Positions 37,783 through 48,724 of a stretch of DNA of 64,000 bases are shown piece after piece. The position numbers were made by a program, and so were the translations under genes. The notes under the pieces were generated by a model that saw only the letters and a program-made list of their open reading frames with translations, was not told the origin of the DNA and made no database searches. The stretch comes from Rubripirellula sp. (lineage in GTDB: Bacteria; Planctomycetota; Planctomycetia; Pirellulales; Pirellulaceae): NCBI GenBank assembly GCA_965216875.1, contig OZ244207.1, positions 5,664,001-5,728,000 on the forward strand, given 5' to 3'. Numbering within the stretch: position 1 is the first letter of the stretch; every line of letters begins with the position of its first letter.

Positions 37783-37830
37783 TTGGCTACCGCCCGAATG
37801 AAAGCCTTGGCTACCGCCCGAACGAAAGCC
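37783..37830. repeat. 24-bp tandem duplication spanning the stop codon of the TPR gene
   Basis: ttggctaccgcccgaa(t/c)gaaagcc x2. Confidence 0.9.
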
Positions 37831-39853
37831 ATGACTTCGCTTTGCTGATCAGCGCGTTGGGTTTCTTTTTTAGCTTCTGCTTTTCGGTGACTGGAAGCCT
37901 GGTTTGTTTCGGCTGGATCGCAGGTTTGTGAACCTTTGTGGGTTGATGCGTTTTCGCGAACTGCTCGGGCGCCATTTGGTTGACCGGAATCACCGATTCC
38001 TGCTTGAGCTTTGCCAAAGCCTCAACGCATGACTTGGCGCCTTCGATGTCGTCGATTCGCAACGAGGCATCGAGCAACTGATGATAGGCGCGAGGCGTTG
38101 GCCGAACGGTGACACTCTGCTTAAGCATCTTGATCGCCGACTCAATCAGGCCCTGATTGAGGAGCGAGCTGCCGAGTTCTTGCAGTGCGGTCGCGTTGTC
38201 CGGAGCAACTTCCACTGCAGCTCGGTGCAGCGTCAATGCGACAGCGGCGGCGTGTGCATCCGAGTCGCCTGCGATTTTTTGCTCGACCTTGCCAAGCATC
38301 ACCAAAGCGTCGCTCGCTTCGCGGCTTCCGCCCGATGCGATGACAAGGTCTTTGCGAGCCTGCGCGAGGTAAAGTTCGGTCGCTCTCAGCGGTGCGAGCT
38401 TGCTAAGGTCGACGCCTTGCAACGCATCCGTTTCGTGGACAGCGACCATCCGTTTAAGTGCGGCGTTATTCACTGGCCCGAATCGTCCAGCAAAGTCCTC
38501 CGACTCACGAATCGCATTCAGAGCGGCATCAAGTTTTTGGCCGTGAACGGAGGAACTCGAGAGGGCATCGTGCATTGCGACGATACCGCGAAGCGATTGC
38601 AACGTCATTTTGCGAGCCGAATGATAGGCGCCTCGCTGGTACCGTTGGTGGGCACTATACAGCGATTGCCTCGCGAGTTCGCGTTGTCGTGTCGCGTGAA
38701 TCGTCGCCGTGACCACATCACCAGGCTCCGTCGTCGAACCTGCCGCGGGTAGGGCGTGTCGCGTCGGCTTTGGCTTCGAAACCGGCTGAGCCTTGACCCT
38801 GTTTGCGAGTGGCAGCTCCATCGTGACCGGTTCCCGCTTGTTGACGGCTGCGGGCTTGCTTGCGAATTCGGGCATCACCAACGTCGACGTTGGTCGGCTG
38901 GTCGCGATGTCGACGTTTGGATCGGCCGCATACGTTGGAACATGACTTTGCTTGGGTGCCAGCGTTTTCTCTTGCAACGTCGGGCCAGCTTGATCGCCAG
39001 CGACGTCCTCGATCATCCCCAGATCTGCCGCAAGTGCACCACCGATGGCCTTCGGAATTCTCGGCTGTGGTGTAGCGGTGACAGGTTTCACATCGTCAAG
39101 CGGTCGGATGTCGCCTCGCTGTTGGAGCGTCAAGCGTTGCACCTTCGGCGCTGCTGACGGCGCAGCCACTTCGCTGGCGTCGTTCGACTCAAGCCATCGC
39201 CGAGACTTTTCCCAGGAGGCGTGGGTATCCTGAGCGGCACGCGTAGGCCGATCCACATTCCGCTTCATGACGTCCGCGAAGCTGTCTTCGGCGGAAACAT
39301 CGACGTTCCCGACGGCCGAAGGCAAGCGAGCAGGTTGGCTCGGCTGGTCGACGACCAACACGCGAGGAAGGCGTTTGATCGTCGTGATCTCTCGCGACGG
39401 GGTTTGCTCGATGCCTCGCGACGGTTTTTGCTCAATGTCTCGCGACGTTTTTTGCTCGATTTCTCGCGACGGGGTCTGTTCCGGTTCCGCTGCTTGGACC
39501 TTTGGAGACTCGACCACTTGAGCGTCGTCGATCGGGACGATCTCTTGAGACTCAATCACGATCGGCTCGGGAACGATCACCTCGGGCACGGCTTTTAAGA
39601 TCGAGGGTTGATCATCATGTGGCGTCAGAACGCGGACCGACCGCTTGGGAGCTAATTTGCGGTGCAGTGGTTGCAATTCGGACCGCTGCCAACCTTGCGA
39701 CAGCATCGATCGCATTGGACTCGCGTTGACTTCAACATCCTTGTCATCAGCATCCAACGCGACTTGGCCAGCACAGACAATCGTTGCGGCAAGTGCGAGG
39801 CGTTTGGCCAACCGCGGGCGACGGCGAGACTCTTCCATGAGACAGCTTTGCAT
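37811..39853 (-). CDS. Exported protein with a long disordered N-region and a C-terminal TPR/helical domain
   Basis: Signal-like LALAATIVCAGQVALDA; TPR pattern AVEVAPDNATALQELGSSLLNQGLIESAIKMLKQSV. Confidence 0.75.
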   Translation of the reverse strand: MQSCLMEESRRRPRLAKRLALAATIVCAGQVALDADDKDVEVNASPMRSMLSQGWQRSELQPLHRKLAPKRSVRVLTPHDDQPSILKAVPEVIVPEPIVIESQEIVPIDDAQVVESPKVQAAEPEQTPSREIEQKTSRDIEQKPSRGIEQTPSREITTIKRLPRVLVVDQPSQPARLPSAVGNVDVSAEDSFADVMKRNVDRPTRAAQDTHASWEKSRRWLESNDASEVAAPSAAPKVQRLTLQQRGDIRPLDDVKPVTATPQPRIPKAIGGALAADLGMIEDVAGDQAGPTLQEKTLAPKQSHVPTYAADPNVDIATSRPTSTLVMPEFASKPAAVNKREPVTMELPLANRVKAQPVSKPKPTRHALPAAGSTTEPGDVVTATIHATRQRELARQSLYSAHQRYQRGAYHSARKMTLQSLRGIVAMHDALSSSSVHGQKLDAALNAIRESEDFAGRFGPVNNAALKRMVAVHETDALQGVDLSKLAPLRATELYLAQARKDLVIASGGSREASDALVMLGKVEQKIAGDSDAHAAAVALTLHRAAVEVAPDNATALQELGSSLLNQGLIESAIKMLKQSVTVRPTPRAYHQLLDASLRIDDIEGAKSCVEALAKLKQESVIPVNQMAPEQFAKTHQPTKVHKPAIQPKQTRLPVTEKQKLKKKPNALISKAKSWLSFGR
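39386..39481. repeat. Coding 24-bp x4 repeat (EQ.xSR.I) in the TPR protein
   Basis: EQTPSREI/EQKTSRDI/EQKPSRGI/EQTPSREI. Confidence 0.85.
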
Positions 39854-40285
39854 CGAGAAGGAATGGCGCGCCGCGTCCAGCAGCGCGCAACCTGAAATAT
39901 CCTGTCTCTTCGGATCGACGATCCCCGCGCACCAAGCTCACTGATTCAGATCGGATCGCGGTCGCATCGCGCAGACCGAAGATCAAAAGTGAAAAGACCG
40001 GCGAGGTTCCCGCAGCGATTACATTCCCGACCAGCGGGGTGACGGGCACAATCGCTACAGGCCGCAACCGGCGCGCTGCGAGTGTTTCACGGATCGTCTC
40101 GATCGAACTTTGACAATTAAATGGATCATCAGGGCGGTTTGAATCACCCCCCAGTGGTGAAACGACCGGTTTTGGTTGATCGCCAAAGGCGGGTGCATAG
40201 CGGCAACCTACAGTTCTGCGGAGGAATCTGCGTCCTCTCCCCACCACCGTTCCGTTGGTTGACTGCCAACAACAAGAACTGCTTC

Positions 40286-41947
40286 ATGAGCCAATCGCAG
40301 CCATCACCCGATTTTCCATCAATCGACGCCTCAACCGGGGCGTTTGAGCCGATGGCAATGTCGAGCAGCGACCCGGTGCTGGGCTACCCCGCAACCGAAC
40401 CGGCATCGATTGATCTCGGCCCCATCCCAAGCGGCGTGGGCGCGAAGCCATCAGCAAAATCAAAACCGGCCGAAACAAAGCCAAGCCGCAGCGGATCGAA
40501 GGCACCACCGATTCGTAAACCCGAAAAGCGATCGGGACCTCCACTTCCCAAGCGTCCGAAGGGTCGTCTCTTCATCGGCACCGTCTTCCTGGCAGTGATC
40601 GGATCGATCGGCTTTACGCTGTTTGATTCATTGCTTCGCTACACCGCATACGGCGAGGTAACGGGCCGCCGCTTAGAACTGGCTGTGCCTTGGCCCGGTG
40701 TCATCCAATCGATTCACGTTCGCGAAGGCGACCATGTTGAATTCGGTCAAGTGATCGCCACGATCGACAACTTTGAACTCAAGCAAAAGATCGAAGAGAT
40801 CGACGATTCACTTCGACTACAACGTGCACAGCTTTCGAGCGAGTTGGCGATGTTGCGTTGGGAGGCCGAAAAGATTCGTGACCTTCATAAACTGGCGCAA
40901 AGCGAGTTCTATGACAAATGGAGCGAATTGCTTTGGGAACAATCGCGATTGGCCGATTTACAAACCCAACTCAAACGGATCGAACCGATCTTACGCGAGG
41001 GTGCGGCCAGCAAAGAGCAGTACGATTCCCTTCAATTCCAAGTCGCTGGCCAAGAAAAACGCGTCGAACAACTGATCGAGGCGGTTCGAGCACTGAAGAA
41101 GCGAACCGATCAGTCGCCCGTCGAACTCGACATGGAAGACCGTATCCAACCGACACTGGCTCGAATCGAAAACCTGCAAGCCGAACTGCAGCGAACGCGA
41201 GACATGATCCAGCAGGGCGATATCCGAGCACCAGCTGGCGGTCGCGTTGTGCGAACTCACCGATTCGCGGGTGAATACGCCGAACCCACCACACCGGTTG
41301 TCGAACTGCTCGTCGACGGGTCAACCGAACTCGTCCTTTACTTGCCTCAATCGCGAGCTGAAGAGTTTCCGATCGGGCGAAGCGTGACGGTGAACGTCAA
41401 TCCAGCGAACACGAACGTTGCTTGCCAAGTTCACCGTGTCGCATTGGAAATGAAAAAGGCTCCCGAAAGCCTGGCTCGCTTTTACCAGAACGATGAAACC
41501 TTGTTGCCGGTCTACCTGCGCGTGACCGATTGGGGATCGACCGAAGGGGAACTGACCCTCGGCAGCCAACTTCGTTTGCCCCGCGCCGACAACGTGTCGG
41601 TGATTGCCAAACTGAAACGCTGGTGGACAGAAACCGCGCTGCCAAGTTTCACATCCGTTGATCACGCCTCCCAGGTGTTAGAACCGGAACCTTCGGTGCA
41701 AACCGTTTCCGAGCAAGAACCTGAGCACCATCCAGCCGATACTGAACAAAGCGAAATCGATGGGCGCACTGCTGGATGGATTCGAGAGTTTCAGAAAGCC
41801 GAACAACGGCGTATGAACCCCGCCCGCCAAGCTCGTGCCATGCCCGTGACCACTTGCGTCTTATCAGCGCCCGTGATTTGTTCGACGGTTGAATATGAAT
41901 CCATCTCCCAACGGAAATCTGAATCCGGAACTGTCTCCGCCAATTGA
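40286..41947 (+). CDS. HlyD/membrane-fusion-family protein
   Basis: One TM helix, lipoyl-like halves VPWPGVIQSIHVREGDHV and IRAPAGGRVV around an alpha-hairpin; start uncertain. Confidence 0.88.
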   Translation: MSQSQPSPDFPSIDASTGAFEPMAMSSSDPVLGYPATEPASIDLGPIPSGVGAKPSAKSKPAETKPSRSGSKAPPIRKPEKRSGPPLPKRPKGRLFIGTVFLAVIGSIGFTLFDSLLRYTAYGEVTGRRLELAVPWPGVIQSIHVREGDHVEFGQVIATIDNFELKQKIEEIDDSLRLQRAQLSSELAMLRWEAEKIRDLHKLAQSEFYDKWSELLWEQSRLADLQTQLKRIEPILREGAASKEQYDSLQFQVAGQEKRVEQLIEAVRALKKRTDQSPVELDMEDRIQPTLARIENLQAELQRTRDMIQQGDIRAPAGGRVVRTHRFAGEYAEPTTPVVELLVDGSTELVLYLPQSRAEEFPIGRSVTVNVNPANTNVACQVHRVALEMKKAPESLARFYQNDETLLPVYLRVTDWGSTEGELTLGSQLRLPRADNVSVIAKLKRWWTETALPSFTSVDHASQVLEPEPSVQTVSEQEPEHHPADTEQSEIDGRTAGWIREFQKAEQRRMNPARQARAMPVTTCVLSAPVICSTVEYESISQRKSESGTVSAN

Positions 41948-42788
41948 TGGTGGTGATCCGATTCCGTTGGATGATCTGATGGATCGGCGTCAGCTGAATC
42001 GGCGCGAATCAACGCGTCCGATCGCGGTGGTCCCGGTCTTGCTTGACGGTGGTCCCGGCGAACTTCAGTGGGCCGAGGCTATCACCGAAGATGTCTCAGC
42101 GACCGGCCTCTCGCTACGGATGCAAAGTCAATCGACGCTTCCATGCCGCAATGTGGTGGTGGGCGCCGAGTCCGCCGCGGGTGGACGTGCCTTCGGCACA
42201 CTTCAAATTGTTTCGCAGACTCAATCCGACGACGGTGTCTTGCGAATCGGCGGCAAATGGGTGATCGGATCCTCTGAAGACATTCTCGTCCCCGACAAGC
42301 TCCGTCCACGCGTGGACCCCCGCACGTTGTCGTTTGTGTACGGATGGTCCGAAGAAACGCTCAAGAAATGGACGCGGCTGGGCGTGCTTCGCCAATACCT
42401 CGTCGACCGAGTGCTGCTGTGCGATCGTTGCGGATCGATTCCGTCTTGGCGAAATGGATGCCACGTTTGTGGTTCGGGCCGGATCCATCGCGACCGCCTG
42501 ATTCATCACTTCGCCTGTGCTCACGTCGATCGAGCCGCCGACTTCGAAACCGCCGATGGACTGCAATGTCCCAAATGCCGAACGAACAATTTGATCGTTG
42601 GGTCGGACTACGAGTTCATCGAAGGTCCCGTTGAATGCTACGACTGTGGCGCCCGCGGCGGGCAACCCACGATGGCGGCGATGTGCCACCGATGCCACCA
42701 CCGCTTCAGCATGGAAGAAGCAGAAGAACGCATGTTGTACGCCTACCACGTCGAGCGTCTCGACCCGGTTACCTTCTACGCATCCTAG
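41895..42788 (+). CDS. PilZ-like domain fused to a multi-zinc-ribbon (TackOD1-like) domain
   Basis: RQLNR and EDVSATG PilZ motifs; CDRC, CHVC, HHFACAH, CPKC, CYDC, CHRC. Confidence 0.75.
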   Translation: MNPSPNGNLNPELSPPIDGGDPIPLDDLMDRRQLNRRESTRPIAVVPVLLDGGPGELQWAEAITEDVSATGLSLRMQSQSTLPCRNVVVGAESAAGGRAFGTLQIVSQTQSDDGVLRIGGKWVIGSSEDILVPDKLRPRVDPRTLSFVYGWSEETLKKWTRLGVLRQYLVDRVLLCDRCGSIPSWRNGCHVCGSGRIHRDRLIHHFACAHVDRAADFETADGLQCPKCRTNNLIVGSDYEFIEGPVECYDCGARGGQPTMAAMCHRCHHRFSMEEAEERMLYAYHVERLDPVTFYAS

Positions 42789-42803
42789 CCACGAGCATCC
42801 GCC

Positions 42804-44087
42804 ATGATTTCGGATTGGCTGCGCTGGTTAACGCAGTTGCAGACCGCTGAATTGCTCTGGCTTCTGGCGCCCATTCTCTTGCTCGATGCGCCGCGGTACG
42901 CTCTGGGAACGCTCACACTTTGGTTGTGGGACTTTCTCGAAGACACCTACAAATCAATTCGCGGTGAAGACGAAGTCCGTCCCTTCAGTCACCAACCGCG
43001 TTGCTGCGCGATCGTCGCCGGATTGAACGAAGCCGATTCACTTGGCCAGACACTCGATTCGCTTGCCGGCTCCTATCCAGACCTGCAAATCGTGGTGGTC
43101 GACGATGGAAGCACCGATGGCATGTCCGAAGTTGCGTGTGAGTTCGCCAAGACGCATTCGAAGACAACGGTCGTTCGCAAACCGGCGCGCGGTGGTAAAA
43201 GCAGCGCGCTCAACGCTGCCCTTCCCTTCACCGACGCCGAGATTCTGGTCTGTGTCGACAGCGACTCGCACTTGGGCGATGGTGCCGTCTGGGAAATCGT
43301 GCAACCCTTTGTCGACCCCAACGTGGCCGCGGTCAGTGGTACGGTGCTTGTTCGCAAACCCTTTATCAATTTGCTGACTTGGATCCAGGCCCTTGAGTAT
43401 TACCGCTGCATCTTTCTCGGTCGCATGTTCACCAGCCGACTGGGAATCCTAGGGATTGTTTCGGGCGCCTTTGGTGCTTACCGTCGCGAAGCAATCTTGC
43501 AGGTGGGCGCTTGGGATGTCGGTCCGGGAGAAGATGGTGACTTGACGTTGCGGTTGCGTCGCTCGGGCTACGACGTCGTCTTCGCCCCCTATGCCCAATG
43601 CTTTACCAATCCAGTCCAACAGATGGGTCGTTTGTCCAAACAGCGGCGTCGCTGGGAATGGGCTGTCATCACGTTGGAATGTCGCAAGCACATCGAAATG
43701 GCGAACCCGTTTCGAGCCGACTTTCGCTTCAGCAATTTCGTGATGCTGGTCGACCGATGGCTTTACAGCGTCGTGCTTCAATACGCCTTCTTGGGGTACA
43801 TGTTCTGGTACCTCTTTCACATCCATGCCTTCGCCCACTATCAGCTCATGCTGTTCTATGTGGTTTACCTTGGCATGGAAATCCTGCAACTGATGATCTT
43901 GTTGTACTACTGTGACAACAAGCGACGTGTGATGATGATCGGTGCGGTCTTTCCGCTGATGCCCTTCTACTACATCTGGATGCGATTCGTGACGCTGTGG
44001 GCAATCACCGAAGAATTGCTGACGCGACGAAGCTACAAAGACAACTTTGTTCCCGAACACGTTCGCAACGTGACGTGGCACTGGTAA
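42804..44087 (+). CDS. Processive GT2 polysaccharide synthase (PgaC/IcaA/HasA-like)
   Basis: DDGSTD, GGKSSALN, DSD, SGAFGAYR, GEDGDLT, QRRRW; one N-terminal and several C-terminal TM helices. Confidence 0.9.
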   Translation: MISDWLRWLTQLQTAELLWLLAPILLLDAPRYALGTLTLWLWDFLEDTYKSIRGEDEVRPFSHQPRCCAIVAGLNEADSLGQTLDSLAGSYPDLQIVVVDDGSTDGMSEVACEFAKTHSKTTVVRKPARGGKSSALNAALPFTDAEILVCVDSDSHLGDGAVWEIVQPFVDPNVAAVSGTVLVRKPFINLLTWIQALEYYRCIFLGRMFTSRLGILGIVSGAFGAYRREAILQVGAWDVGPGEDGDLTLRLRRSGYDVVFAPYAQCFTNPVQQMGRLSKQRRRWEWAVITLECRKHIEMANPFRADFRFSNFVMLVDRWLYSVVLQYAFLGYMFWYLFHIHAFAHYQLMLFYVVYLGMEILQLMILLYYCDNKRRVMMIGAVFPLMPFYYIWMRFVTLWAITEELLTRRSYKDNFVPEHVRNVTWHW

Positions 44088-44233
44088 CAATGCGAATTGG
44101 CACGGGTAACATCGTGGCTTGGCACGGGTAACGGGGTCGACCAGGAACCTCGTGCCGAATCGGCTCTTCGCATTATCCACAGGTTTTCGCCCCGGCATTC
44201 TTCAGTCAAAATGGTTGCTTCCTCCTGGAGTGA

Positions 44234-45241
<1,008 letters not shown>

Positions 45242-45250
45242 GTTTCCATC

Positions 45251-45994
45251 GTGTCAACAACACCACCGCAACACGACATCAGTATCGACGCGGCTCAAGC
45301 ACTCACCGATGACCCAACATCCGAGCTCGGGCAAATGGCGACCTTGGCCAATGAGCGCATCGAGTGGCACTGGGAACCAACCGTGATCGCTGGGCACGTT
45401 CGGCCGCTCGCCGTTGCCACCGATCCTGATGGCATGTTGATCGAAGCCTGTGAGCGGCAAGATGCCGGCGAAGAGGGTGTGATCGATCCTTTTTGGGCGA
45501 CAACCTGGCGCGCTGCATCGGGCTTGGATCGCTACCTCGACAGGTTCGACTTGGTCGACAAACGTGTTCTTGAGCTTGGATGTGGCACGGGCCACGCGGG
45601 CCTGGCTGCCGCTCTACGTGGCGCCAAGGTGGTCCTTACCGACGGGGTCGAAGATCCGTTGCGGTTGGTGCGCATGAGCACCTGGTTTGTTCGCCAGCAC
45701 TGCGAGGTCCAGGTGCTGCGATTTGGTATCGACCGCTTGGACCAACCTTCCTACCCGATGATCCTGGGAAGCGACGTCACCTATCTGCGAACGCTTTGGC
45801 CCGAGCTCGATCAGTGCTTGAAAGAGCATCTTGCCGATGACGGAATCGTGCTTCTAAGTGACCCGTTTCGCATCATTGCCAACGAGTTTCGCGACTGGAT
45901 CCAAGAGCGCGGCTGGAAGTACAGCGAAACGAGCGTCGACCTTGAAGATGGCAACAAACATCCGATTCGCGTGATGCAACTCGAACGCGGTTAG
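45251..45994 (+). CDS. Class I SAM methyltransferase (Methyltransf_16-like)
   Basis: PFWATTW, VLELGCGTG, ILGSDVTY. Confidence 0.85.
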   Translation: MSTTPPQHDISIDAAQALTDDPTSELGQMATLANERIEWHWEPTVIAGHVRPLAVATDPDGMLIEACERQDAGEEGVIDPFWATTWRAASGLDRYLDRFDLVDKRVLELGCGTGHAGLAAALRGAKVVLTDGVEDPLRLVRMSTWFVRQHCEVQVLRFGIDRLDQPSYPMILGSDVTYLRTLWPELDQCLKEHLADDGIVLLSDPFRIIANEFRDWIQERGWKYSETSVDLEDGNKHPIRVMQLERG

Positions 45995-46000
45995 CAAGCG

Positions 46001-46456
46001 TTAGGCGGTCACCAAATCGTCGCTGGCGATGTCGAATGCATCGATGGTTGGATCGTGTCGATGCACCAAGCTCGCACCAATCTCGTAGCACTTGCTTGTG
46101 ATCCGTCTTGCTCGCACGACGTGCAATTGCACCCAGAACGTAGGCAGGACAATCCGCACACTTTCTTCGGGATAGATCTCGAAGGGTGTCAGAAAGCCGC
46201 AACCGTGCCGTGAAAAGTCGCGGGTGTAGATTCCCACCGCCTTGTCGCCGCGTGACAGAAACGGCAGGCAGTCGTCGAACCACATCACACCGTGGGTACG
46301 CACCTTCAAACGCTGGTTGTTACGTTCATCTTCGACGAACGAAGGAACTTCACCACGCTCCTCGAAATAGTCAGACCATTCGACCGGCAATTCGATGTCG
46401 AAGCCGATCGATTGGATCAGTTCGCCAAATCGCGTTGAATAATCGACTTCCAGCAT
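46001..46456 (-). CDS. Stand-alone PilZ-domain protein
   Basis: RNNQR (RxxxR) and DFSRHG (DxSxxG). Confidence 0.85.
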   Translation of the reverse strand: MLEVDYSTRFGELIQSIGFDIELPVEWSDYFEERGEVPSFVEDERNNQRLKVRTHGVMWFDDCLPFLSRGDKAVGIYTRDFSRHGCGFLTPFEIYPEESVRIVLPTFWVQLHVVRARRITSKCYEIGASLVHRHDPTIDAFDIASDDLVTA

Positions 46457-47373
46457 TGGAACATCTCCGGATCAAAAGCAGTCCCACAGTCACGTTGCTG
46501 AAGCGTCAGTGCTTTGCTTCGCGGCATCGGGGTGCGGTAAGGTCGGTGGCTTGTAAGCGCTTCGAAAACATCAACGATCGCGCAGATTTTGGCCCAAGGG
46601 TGGATATCGTCGTCAACACAACCGACGGGATAACCTTTGCCATCAAGTCGCTCGTGGTGCTGGTAGGCCATCATCAGTTGGCCTTCATTCAGGTCGACGC
46701 GATGCGCCATCTTGCGAAAGCCGAGCAAGGGATGCGTGCGAATCGTTCGGAATTCCCATTCGTCCAAACGTCCGGGTTTGCACAGGATTCTCTCGTCGAT
46801 ATCCAGCTTGCCCAAATCGTGAAGCAAGCCGCCAGTGGTGATTTGTTCGATTTCGGTGCGATCGAATCCTAAGCCGGCTCCCAACATGCCACAGTAAAAG
46901 GCGACATTGGCTGAGTGGGTAAAGGTTGCGTAATCATGATGCAACACTTGAAACAGGTCGCCGGCGGCGAATTCGTCTTTGGTGACGATATCAGCTGCGA
47001 GCAGACCCAGTTTTTCGGCAGCCGAAACCGTTTCGTCCACATCATTGTTGTGGAAGGCGGACTGCAGCACATCGCGAACAACCTCATTGAGTGCACCGGC
47101 GCGAGCGGCGAGAGGAATTGATGTGTTGTCCGTTCCAATCGCAATGCGGCGCAAGTACTTCTGATAAAGCGATCGCGACTCTTGCGAGATATAGAGGCGA
47201 TGGATTCCTCTGGAACGCAAGCGATCCAAGTCATCCAAGGTGATTGGATATTCTTCGCCTCGATAGAGAACCAACCGTTCCGAGTCAGCCTCCTGCTGAT
47301 ACAGATTCAGCCCCACTGCTTCCGTGGGAAGCAGCGTTGCGACGCTGATCGGGATGAAATCGACTCCGGACAT
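46417..47373 (-). CDS. HD-GYP c-di-GMP phosphodiesterase
   Basis: THSANVA, LLHDLGK, THPLLG, HHERLDGKGYP, DVFEAL..RPYR. Confidence 0.92.
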   Translation of the reverse strand: MSGVDFIPISVATLLPTEAVGLNLYQQEADSERLVLYRGEEYPITLDDLDRLRSRGIHRLYISQESRSLYQKYLRRIAIGTDNTSIPLAARAGALNEVVRDVLQSAFHNNDVDETVSAAEKLGLLAADIVTKDEFAAGDLFQVLHHDYATFTHSANVAFYCGMLGAGLGFDRTEIEQITTGGLLHDLGKLDIDERILCKPGRLDEWEFRTIRTHPLLGFRKMAHRVDLNEGQLMMAYQHHERLDGKGYPVGCVDDDIHPWAKICAIVDVFEALTSHRPYRTPMPRSKALTLQQRDCGTAFDPEMFQCWKSIIQRDLAN

Positions 47374-47601
47374 GGTCGTGTTAGGGCAAGTTGTTGGGCG
47401 GGGGACGTTCTTATGGGGGGCGACAATCGGATGTCCCTGGAGAAATCTAGTGCGCAGGGGAGCACGTGCCACCAAGAAATGGGTGAAACGCGCACTGTTG
47501 TGAGAGTGTGAGTGCGCAAGAGAAAGTGCTGGCCCAAATTGGCCAGCACTGTCGTTACAGCCGTTACAGATAGAAGGAAATTGCCGACGGGGTATCGTCA
47601 A

Positions 47602-48663
47602 TTACACGGCGCCGATGCCCAGTTTTTTTTCCTCGGCAGCGATCATTTGCGAGATAATGTCCTGCAAATCGACGCGAATGTCCCACTCGGGATAGTGCGA
47701 GCGGAGTTTTCCGAGATCACTGATGTAGCAGATGTGGTCGCCCTTTCGATTGTCATCCGACAGGGTGAAGTCGACCTTGTGCCCCCCGATCTCTTCGATC
47801 ATCGAAATACACTCGAGAACGCTGGCAGCATTCTGACGCCCGCCGCCAATGTTGTAGACCTCGCCGGGGCGAGGATCGCCGGCAAAGGCTTCGAACGCTT
47901 TGACCACGTCGCTACATTCGATTTGGTCGCGAACCTGCTTGCCTTTGTAGCCAAAGATCGTGTACGGCTTGCCTGCGACGGCGACATGGACCAAGTAACT
48001 CAGAAATCCATGCAATTCAACGCCGCTATGACTCGCCCCCGTCAAACAGCCGCCACGGAATACGCCTGTCTTGAGACCGAAGTACTTGCCGTACTCTTGA
48101 GCCACGATGTCGGCTGCGGTTTTTGATGCTCCGAAAAGCGAATGCATCGTCTGGTCGATGCGGCACGACTCGTCGATGCCTTCGAAATCTTCGTCACGCG
48201 AATATTCCCAACGCGTCTCCAGCTCATCCAGCGGCAGCTCATTCGGTGCGTCACCGTAAACCTTGTTCGTGCTCATGTGACAGAACACGGCGTCGGGAGC
48301 ATGCTGACGCGTCGCTTCGAGCAGATTCAGCGTGCCGTTCGCATTGACTTCGAAATCAAGGAACGGGATCGCCGCTGCCTTATCGTGCGAGGGCTGCGCG
48401 GCACAGTGAATGATCAAATCGGGCGTTTCATTCTTGAACAGATCAAAGATGCGTTCGCGGTCGCGAATATCGATGGACTCTGTACGAAAGTGATTCGTTT
48501 CCGATTCCAATCGAGACTGATTCCATTGAGTGCTTCCGTCGGGACCAAAGAAGGTGGCTCGCATATCGTTATCGATACCGATCACCTCGTCGCCCAGAGC
48601 ATCCCAATGTCGAACCGCCGCGGATCCAATCAAACCGCTGGATCCCGTAACAATCACACGCAT
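47602..48663 (-). CDS. NAD-dependent sugar epimerase/dehydratase (CDP-paratose 2-epimerase-like)
   Basis: TGSSGLIG, HCAAQPS, STNKVYG, SLFGASK, GKQVRD, YNIGGG. Confidence 0.88.
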   Translation of the reverse strand: MRVIVTGSSGLIGSAAVRHWDALGDEVIGIDNDMRATFFGPDGSTQWNQSRLESETNHFRTESIDIRDRERIFDLFKNETPDLIIHCAAQPSHDKAAAIPFLDFEVNANGTLNLLEATRQHAPDAVFCHMSTNKVYGDAPNELPLDELETRWEYSRDEDFEGIDESCRIDQTMHSLFGASKTAADIVAQEYGKYFGLKTGVFRGGCLTGASHSGVELHGFLSYLVHVAVAGKPYTIFGYKGKQVRDQIECSDVVKAFEAFAGDPRPGEVYNIGGGRQNAASVLECISMIEEIGGHKVDFTLSDDNRKGDHICYISDLGKLRSHYPEWDIRVDLQDIISQMIAAEEKKLGIGAV

Positions 48664-48724
48664 CGATTTCTATCTACCAACAAATGCCAAGTTGTCAATC
48701 AAGTTGTTCATTCAAGTGGCGAGG

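Noticed and set aside
41800..41947. Frameshift fusing HlyD and the PilZ protein into one Alg44-like chain
   Set aside because: No slippery site seen, and topology conflicts (periplasmic C-terminus versus cytoplasmic PilZ); a plain overlap suffices
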